Shown here: positions 27,733 to 32,873 of the stretch, one piece after another
How positions within the stretch are numbered: the first letter of the stretch is position 1
How the letters are laid out: each line of letters opens with the position of its first letter
Origin: a virus
Taxonomy: Duplodnaviria > Caudoviricetes
Virus record (IMG/VR): IMGVR_UViG_3300049167_000224
Coordinates: 1 to 32,873 of that record
DNA length: 32,873 nt
Direction: 5' to 3' (one strand)
Notes under the pieces: generated by a model
Told to the model about the DNA's origin: nothing
Databases searched by the model: none
What the model saw: only the letters and a program-made list of their open reading frames with translations
Made by a program: the position numbers and the translations under genes

Positions 27733-27857
27733 CACTTAACCCCCTTCTTCTTCTTTTGTTCCTCCAGAGCAACATCACGTAAATTCTTGATGCTGCCCTT
27801 TTGGATTTCCTTCACTTTCGGTGTGCTGTTATACACTTTGCCGATCCGTCTGAACAC
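27732..27857 (-). CDS. 41-aa basic protein MFRRIGKVYNSTPKVKEIQKGSIKNLRDVALEEQKKKKGVK, not in ORF track
   Basis: SD GGGAGGTG before GTG start. Confidence 0.6.
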   Translation of the reverse strand: MFRRIGKVYNSTPKVKEIQKGSIKNLRDVALEEQKKKKGVK

Positions 27858-28002
27858 TTGGTTCACCTCCCTTCACTAGTTCGCTTGCCAAATGACTTAT
27901 CCAAAGTTCCTTAGCAACAGATTTGATACGCTCTATCCGTTTCTCTCGTTCTTCATCTGTAAGAACTGGTGGTATAACTCGGACAACTGATTTATAATGC
28001 AC
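27829..28002 (-). CDS. 57-aa protein, paralog of 30914-31108; candidate recombination directionality factor; not in ORF track
   Basis: SD GGAGGGG; core SVVRVIPPVLTDEEREKRIERIKSVAKELW. Confidence 0.7.
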   Translation of the reverse strand: MHYKSVVRVIPPVLTDEEREKRIERIKSVAKELWISHLASELVKGGEPSVQTDRQSV

Positions 28003-28095
28003 GTCTTCCCCTCCAAATAGAACGAATTTTCTGTCTTGTGCATAAATGCATTCTCATGCAAAATGTTACAGAGTTGTTAAATCATGCTCCTTTTA

Positions 28096-28332
28096 TCAGC
28101 TCCCTGTTAGTGATAGTTCAATGGACGATTCGTCCAATTGATTTTCAAAAAAAAGCTCATCGATAGAAAGTTTGTAAAAATCCGCCAATATTTTTGCTTC
28201 TTCGATAGAGAAAGATTTGCGATTACCTTTTTCTCTTTTGTAGTAATACGATTCAGATATGTCTAACATCCTAGCTAATACAGCAACTTTTACTTTCCTT
28301 TTTTTTCTAAGCTCTTTTAGCTTGTTATTCAT
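28096..28332 (-). CDS. Cro-like XRE HTH regulator
   Basis: LKELRKKR...LA.ML.IS.SYY...EKG, SIDELFF; divergent from cI-like gene. Confidence 0.9.
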   Translation of the reverse strand: MNNKLKELRKKRKVKVAVLARMLDISESYYYKREKGNRKSFSIEEAKILADFYKLSIDELFFENQLDESSIELSLTGS

Positions 28333-28458
28333 GGTGTCACCTCAAATCCGCTTTTTCTTTTGGACGTTTCGTCCTATAGGTAAATATTAATGGACAAAAC
28401 GTCCAAAGTCAATATTTAATTTCCCGATTCGTCCAATTATTTTTGGACATATTGTACT
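28122..28458. promoter_or_regulatory. Five 15-bp operators, consensus TGGACr-N3-yGTCCA
   Basis: Sites at 28122, 28361, 28391, 28421, 28444. Confidence 0.8.
28384..28412 (-). promoter_or_regulatory. Lytic (cro) SigA promoter TTGACT-N17-TAATAT
   Basis: Near-consensus hexamers with operator 28391-28405 in the spacer. Confidence 0.75.
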
Positions 28459-28497
28459 ATAATCAATTTAAATGGTTTATACAAAGGAGTTTTCAAA

Positions 28498-28827
28498 ATG
28501 ACTATTGGAGAACAAATAGTAAAATTACGAGAAAGAGAAAACATAAAGAGAGAAGATTTGGCGAAATCATTAGGCATTTCTTATTGGGCACTATCAAAAT
28601 ATGAAACAAATGCAAGAACACCAGATCCTGAAACTATGGGAGTAATAGCTGATTATTTCGGAGTTAGTGTGGATTACTTGCATGGTAGGTCAGAAGTGGA
28701 TGGAATTCTAAATATTTGGAGACAAAGGATTCGAAACGGGGAAAAAATTATCTTAAAAGACATTGTACTAACAGAGAAACATATTGATAACATGGAAAAT
28801 GCTCTAAATGAAAAAGACGACCAATAA
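28498..28827 (+). CDS. CI-like XRE repressor (no autocleavage domain)
   Basis: LRE...I.REDLA..LGIS...LSKYE...R.P, ADYFGVSVDYL.GR; 109 aa. Confidence 0.9.
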   Translation: MTIGEQIVKLRERENIKREDLAKSLGISYWALSKYETNARTPDPETMGVIADYFGVSVDYLHGRSEVDGILNIWRQRIRNGEKIILKDIVLTEKHIDNMENALNEKDDQ

Positions 28828-28832
28828 GCCGT

Positions 28833-29207
28833 CTAGTGCTTTAATTTCAAAATTTCTTGTAAGGGTTTTTCTATCCATCTATCGAAAAAATTAGTTACGA
28901 TCTGAACTTCCTCTTCAATTGAAGCAATTATACTTTTTACTTCTACATATGTAGTAACACCCACGCTATCCGGTTCGGGATGGCTTTTTGTGTTGCTTTC
29001 AACCTTCGCAAATGCACTGCTCAATCTATCCAAGAATTTCCTCACTCCATCCTCCACATTTCCTTTAGCCATGCGACTGTATTCATTTCGATTAAGGGAT
29101 GTAGCTTTTTTGGAAACTTCGGAACTAAATCTCATGAAGGAATTACTTACATCATTCAAAAATTGATTCACTTGTTCTTTCCTTATACTACTGTTTTCTG
29201 CTTGCAT
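28833..29207 (-). CDS. 124-aa helical hypothetical protein, divergent from HTH-TPR gene and convergent on cI
   Basis: SD AAAGAGGTG 6 nt before ATG 29207. Confidence 0.72.
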   Translation of the reverse strand: MQAENSSIRKEQVNQFLNDVSNSFMRFSSEVSKKATSLNRNEYSRMAKGNVEDGVRKFLDRLSSAFAKVESNTKSHPEPDSVGVTTYVEVKSIIASIEEEVQIVTNFFDRWIEKPLQEILKLKH

Positions 29208-29399
29208 GATATTCACCTCTTTGTATGCGGTTGCACTATAAGTTGGAAGGTTATATATGCTAGATATTTCTTTCTATGGAGTATTTATCTATTTAACTGT
29301 TTCATTTATAATGTTATTTATCTTCACTATTTTTGTATTTTTTAATTTACTGTGAATATATCACAGAAAAAATTCGTTGTCTAAGAGCAAAAATTCCAA

Positions 29400-29498
29400 T
29401 TTGGTGCATGGTTTCGTGCACCAAAACCGCTTTTTTATACGTTTTGGTCAAAATAAGGCATTTTGGTGCATGATCTCGTGCACCAAAACGGCTTTTTT
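29400..29498. promoter_or_regulatory. Two 37-bp direct repeats (62-bp period) each containing palindrome TTTGGTGCA-N8-TGCACCAAA; putative operators
   Basis: 29400-29436 and 29462-29498, 34/37 identical; upstream of -10 TACAAT (29527). Confidence 0.8.
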
Positions 29499-29551
29499 GC
29501 CATTTTTCTATTAATTTATTTTTTAGTACAATATTTTACGAAAGGTGAACA

Positions 29552-30763
29552 GTGATGGAAATAGATAATTTTGTTGAAATTATCCAAAAAGTCCGTATAA
29601 AAAAAGGATTAACTTTACGTGATCTAGCTGATCAAATCGGTTGTAACCACACTACCCTATCTAGATTTGAACAAGGAAAAACCAAACTTAATGATGATAC
29701 ATTAGAGCTGCTACTAACTGCATTAGACATCCAGCAAGACGATTTGCCTACCCTTCAACTAACCTTTCAGTACGAAGATACGATTGACCTATTTGCTTTT
29801 CAGTCAGTTGAAGCACAAGTAAAGCTTGGTGTATTGAAACAACATCAGCTCAACAAAAAACTGGAATACATCAACGGCGAAATCACTCAATGTTACCTGA
29901 GAGCCAAAAGATGCCTTGTGGATGGTAATCATGAAGAAGCAACAGAAATATATGAACTCATCCTTAATGCCGATGAAAAAAAATACGATCCGAAATCCAA
30001 CTTAAAATCTGCATCACTCAGTGATTTGGCTGTCATGAGGTATAAAGAAAACGACCATAAAAGTGCTCTGCTCTATCTGGATAAAGCAATAAAAGTATAT
30101 ACTCAAAAAGGACAAAGACTCAGCACTTGGCACAATATCCACTACAACAAAGCTCTTATATACTACGAGCTAGGGAATATAGACGAAGCAGAAAAGTGGT
30201 TGAATATCATTTGGCCTAATAGGTCACATATTACTGGGCGACTAAAAATACAGGTATATGAGTTAAAAGCATCTATTTATCAAGTAAAGGGACTAACAGA
30301 CAATGCAGTGAATGTGCTTCGTAAGGCAATGGAAATTGCTTCTGCTCAAGAAAATGCAGACGCCATATTCTATATTCTTATGGTTCTTGGGAATCTCTCC
30401 CTTGATCATAAATTATACGTCAATGCAGAAAGATGCTTCCAATCCGCAATAGACATCCAAGGCGCACTACAAAAAACTACACCAGGTATTGCATATGTAG
30501 AAATTTCGAATGTATTTCTTATACAGAGCAAACTAGATAAAGCAAAAGAGCACATCGCAGAAGCAATCAAATGTGCGAAGAAGTCTAAAGACATGCATGA
30601 TCTCATTAAAGCATATATTGTTGAAGGGAAGATATATGAAGCAGAAGGCAACCGATATGATGCTCACAACAGTTACAAAGAGGCTCAACGATTAGCTGAA
30701 AAATACCAATACGATCTTTACAAACCTACTTTATCTGAACATATCTTTCGATGTACCAACTAA
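29552..30763 (+). CDS. XRE-HTH plus TPR regulator (RRNPP-like peptide receptor)
   Basis: N-terminal KGLTLRDLADQIG...TTLSRFEQG; multiple TPRs (YNKALIYYELGNIDEA, LGNL......NAERCFQSA, EGKIYEAEGN..DA). Confidence 0.9.
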   Translation: MMEIDNFVEIIQKVRIKKGLTLRDLADQIGCNHTTLSRFEQGKTKLNDDTLELLLTALDIQQDDLPTLQLTFQYEDTIDLFAFQSVEAQVKLGVLKQHQLNKKLEYINGEITQCYLRAKRCLVDGNHEEATEIYELILNADEKKYDPKSNLKSASLSDLAVMRYKENDHKSALLYLDKAIKVYTQKGQRLSTWHNIHYNKALIYYELGNIDEAEKWLNIIWPNRSHITGRLKIQVYELKASIYQVKGLTDNAVNVLRKAMEIASAQENADAIFYILMVLGNLSLDHKLYVNAERCFQSAIDIQGALQKTTPGIAYVEISNVFLIQSKLDKAKEHIAEAIKCAKKSKDMHDLIKAYIVEGKIYEAEGNRYDAHNSYKEAQRLAEKYQYDLYKPTLSEHIFRCTN

Positions 30764-30802
30764 CACTTCAATTTCTTACACTAGCTATAAGGAGGTCATT
30801 CC

Positions 30803-30829
30803 ATGAAAGGCGATCCAATAGATGGTTAG
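30803..30829 (+). CDS. Leaderless 8-aa peptide MKGDPIDG, putative cognate signal
   Basis: TAAGGAGGT SD 6 nt before ATG; in-frame upstream TAA; tandem TAG-TAA stops; terminator immediately after. Confidence 0.7.
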   Translation: MKGDPIDG

Positions 30830-30836
30830 TAACAGC

Positions 30837-30866
30837 AGCGGTCTAGGAAACTAGACCGCTTTTTTT
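30837..30866 (+). terminator. Intrinsic terminator
   Basis: AGCGGTCTAG-GAAA-CTAGACCGCT then T6. Confidence 0.92.
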
Positions 30867-30884
30867 CAAGTTGTCAAAACGCAC

Positions 30885-30906
30885 AAAAGAGACCATCATG
30901 GTCTCT
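30885..30906 (-). terminator. Terminator for the 30914-31108 gene
   Basis: AGAGACCA-N3-TGGTCTCT with short T-run on minus strand. Confidence 0.6.
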
Positions 30907-30913
30907 CTTTCCA

Positions 30914-31108
30914 CTAACTGTCATATCTTGCTTCACCTTTCAGCCATAATATACGTGCTACTTTGCGTATTCTTTCTATTATCATATCTCTTTCCTCTTT
31001 AGAAATATCTGGTGCGATTATATGGACAGAAGTCCCTCCCATTTGATAAGTTTTTGTATAATGTGTATATGGATTTAAGCTATTATCGGGCTTTTTTATA
31101 AAAATCAC
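30914..31108 (-). CDS. Small protein divergent from integrase; candidate recombination directionality factor
   Basis: Core TSVHIIAPDISKEERDMIIERIRKVARILW; own terminator; start codon uncertain. Confidence 0.65.
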   Translation of the reverse strand: MIFIKKPDNSLNPYTHYTKTYQMGGTSVHIIAPDISKEERDMIIERIRKVARILWLKGEARYDS

Positions 31109-31163
31109 CCCTTAGAATAACCGCCTTATTAATCAAGTTATTCGGGCGAATAGGAGTTATCAC

Positions 31164-32717
31164 ATGGACAGGGTAGCAATGTATTTAAGAAAATCACGTG
31201 CCGATCTAGATGCAGAAACACATGGTGAAGGGGAAACCCTCGAAAAACATCGAAAAATGCTGGTTGAATTGTCTAAAGAAAAGAATTACAACATTATCAA
31301 GACATATGAAGAAATTGCATCAGGAGAAAGCGTTGATCAACGCCCAGAAATGATTAAGCTATTGGATAATGTACAACGTGGATTGTATGATGCTGTTTTG
31401 GTAATTGACATAGATCGGCTTGGTAGAGGAAGAATGCAAGACCAAGGATTAATACTTGATACCTTTAAGGAATCCAAAACCAAGATCATAACCCCAAGGA
31501 AGGTATATGACCTACAGGATGAATTTGATGAAGAATACTCGGAATTTGAAGCCTTTCTAGCAAGAAAAGAGTACAAGCTCATTCGTCGTCGTATGGAGCG
31601 TGGGATGATTCGTGCATTGAAAGATGGATATTATCTTGGAGCACGACCACCATATGGATACCGCAAAATCAAAAATAACCGAATCGCTACATTAGAAATA
31701 GATCCAGAGCAATCAAAGATCGTACAAATGATATTTGATTGGTACACCTCACATGATCCCAACAAAAGAGCTGGTGCATCTAACATTGCTAAACGTCTTA
31801 CTGAAATGGGAATCAAATCTTATAATGGCGTAGCATGGAATGCACATGTTGTGCTGCGAATACTTTCCAACCCTGTCTATATAGGTAAAATCATTTGGAA
31901 ACAAAGAGATCGAAAAAAACTAAATAAACCGAATCATAAATCTACTAGTCAATTTCGACCTGAATCGGAACAAATAATAGTAGATGGTCACCATCCAGCA
32001 ATAATAAGTATCGAACAATTTGAGCAGGTACAAACGATCCGAAACTCCCGATATCACCCCAGTTTCTCCGAAAAACGACCTTTGCAAAATCCCTTATCAG
32101 GATTGATCATTTGTGGTTTTTGTGGTGGTAAAATGAGTACTTATCGTGCAGGAAAACACAAATATACATACATCCGTTGTGCTAAAAAAGGGCGTGGTGG
32201 GGGATGCAATCGAGTCTCAAGGCTGGAATATGTGGAAAATCGTACGATTGAAGGATTGAAAGATTGGCTTCATCAGTATGAACAAGCATTACAAGTTGAC
32301 AATGCAGGTGAAGCAGATGATAGCCATCTGGAAGTATTCGAATTAACAATCCAGTCATTACAAGATGAACTAAAGAAACTAGAAAAACAAAAGGATAAGC
32401 TACACGATTTTCTTGAACGTGGCATCTACGATGATGAAACTTTCTTGGAACGCTCAAAAAAAATCAGCAGTCGAATTAAAGACTTACAACAGCAGCTGCA
32501 TAGGGTTACTGAAGACTATGAGATCGAAAAACAAAGGATAGCATCTCGTGTGGACACTATCCCTCGTGTCAAAAGAGTATTGGATATATACAGCGAATTA
32601 GAATCGCCTCAAGAAAAAAACATCCTGCTTCGAGAAATCATTGAAAAATGTGTTTACAGAAAAACAAAAGATCAGCGAAATGATGAATTTTCATTGGAAA
32701 TATATCCGAGAATTTGA
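31164..32717 (+). CDS. Large serine recombinase (integrase)
   Basis: Catalytic YLRKS, DRLGR, PPYGY, LSNPVYIG, Zn ribbon CGFCG...C...C, coiled coil. Confidence 0.97.
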   Translation: MDRVAMYLRKSRADLDAETHGEGETLEKHRKMLVELSKEKNYNIIKTYEEIASGESVDQRPEMIKLLDNVQRGLYDAVLVIDIDRLGRGRMQDQGLILDTFKESKTKIITPRKVYDLQDEFDEEYSEFEAFLARKEYKLIRRRMERGMIRALKDGYYLGARPPYGYRKIKNNRIATLEIDPEQSKIVQMIFDWYTSHDPNKRAGASNIAKRLTEMGIKSYNGVAWNAHVVLRILSNPVYIGKIIWKQRDRKKLNKPNHKSTSQFRPESEQIIVDGHHPAIISIEQFEQVQTIRNSRYHPSFSEKRPLQNPLSGLIICGFCGGKMSTYRAGKHKYTYIRCAKKGRGGGCNRVSRLEYVENRTIEGLKDWLHQYEQALQVDNAGEADDSHLEVFELTIQSLQDELKKLEKQKDKLHDFLERGIYDDETFLERSKKISSRIKDLQQQLHRVTEDYEIEKQRIASRVDTIPRVKRVLDIYSELESPQEKNILLREIIEKCVYRKTKDQRNDEFSLEIYPRI

Positions 32718-32727
32718 TATATTTCCA

Positions 32728-32775
32728 TTAGTGATAATTATGTGGTTTTATCTAGTACCATATATTTATCACTAA
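32728..32775. other. Putative attP (48-bp imperfect inverted repeat)
   Basis: Arms TTAGTGATAATTATGTGGT / ACCATATATTTATCACTAA, 17/19 complementary, 10-bp centre, 10 bp after integrase stop. Confidence 0.7.
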
Positions 32776-32804
32776 CAAAGAGATCACCGAGGAGAAAGAT
32801 AAAA

Positions 32805-32873
32805 ATGAAAAAGGAAAACGGATTAGCATGGTTTAACATCATCTTTGGTGCGTTGCTATACATAGGTGCATTT
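32805..32873 (+). CDS. Partial membrane/secreted protein (MKKENGLAWFNIIFGALLYIGAF...), runs off window
   Basis: SD GAGGAG; basic N-terminus plus hydrophobic stretch. Confidence 0.55.
   Translation, partial: MKKENGLAWFNIIFGALLYIGAF

Larger units (their letters stand above)
1..32873. mobile_element. Temperate siphovirus genome (lysis, tail, head, packaging, replication, lysogeny, integrase modules)
   Basis: Complete canonical module order from endolysin to serine integrase; no host housekeeping genes seen. Confidence 0.97.

Noticed and set aside
28019-28032. LexA (Cheo) box AGAAC-GAAT-TTTCT upstream of the RDF-like gene
   Set aside because: Mismatch in the conserved GTTC half-site; no clear associated promoter
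28980-29345. 121-aa plus-strand ORF
   Set aside because: Antisense to the 124-aa gene, runs into AT-rich intergenic DNA, no SD
29350-29366. CTGTGA-ATATA-TCACAG as Fnr/Crp or Rex box
   Set aside because: Spacer is 5 bp rather than 6; single copy in very AT-rich DNA
29400-29498. Mini CRISPR array (37-bp palindromic repeats with a 25-nt spacer)
   Set aside because: Only two repeats, no typical GAAAC-like end, spacer resembles a degenerate repeat, no cas genes; promoter location favours operators
1-32873. tRNA, rRNA, IS elements, introns, DGR
   Set aside because: No cloverleaf, transposase, reverse transcriptase or interrupted gene recognised by eye; tRNAscan/Infernal not run

Overview
Nearly complete temperate siphovirus genome of a low-GC Gram-positive host (Bacillales-like; host assignment is inference). 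Most genes are on the minus strand. Reading right to left: large serine integrase followed by a symmetric 48-bp inverted repeat that looks like an intact attP; an XRE-HTH/TPR (RRNPP-like) regulator followed by an unannotated leaderless 8-aa peptide gene (MKGDPIDG) and terminator; cI/cro switch with 15-bp operators; early genes (ERF recombinase, SSB, replication initiator with iterons, DnaC-like loader); N6-adenine and C5-cytosine methyltransferases; late activator with a duplicated late promoter; a moron block (DUF6173-like protein, membrane protein, PIG-L deacetylase); A118-type head genes; tail genes; lysis cassette ending in an amidase at base 1. Most interesting: (1) an arbitrium-like receptor paired with a leaderless octapeptide, twin operators and a divergent gene convergent on cI; (2) a 241-aa membrane-anchored Pro/Glu-rich gene overprinted across three lysis genes; (3) a nested out-of-frame subunit inside the cytosine methyltransferase; (4) two paralogous RDF-like small proteins. 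Family names come from motif recognition by eye; no database searches were run.
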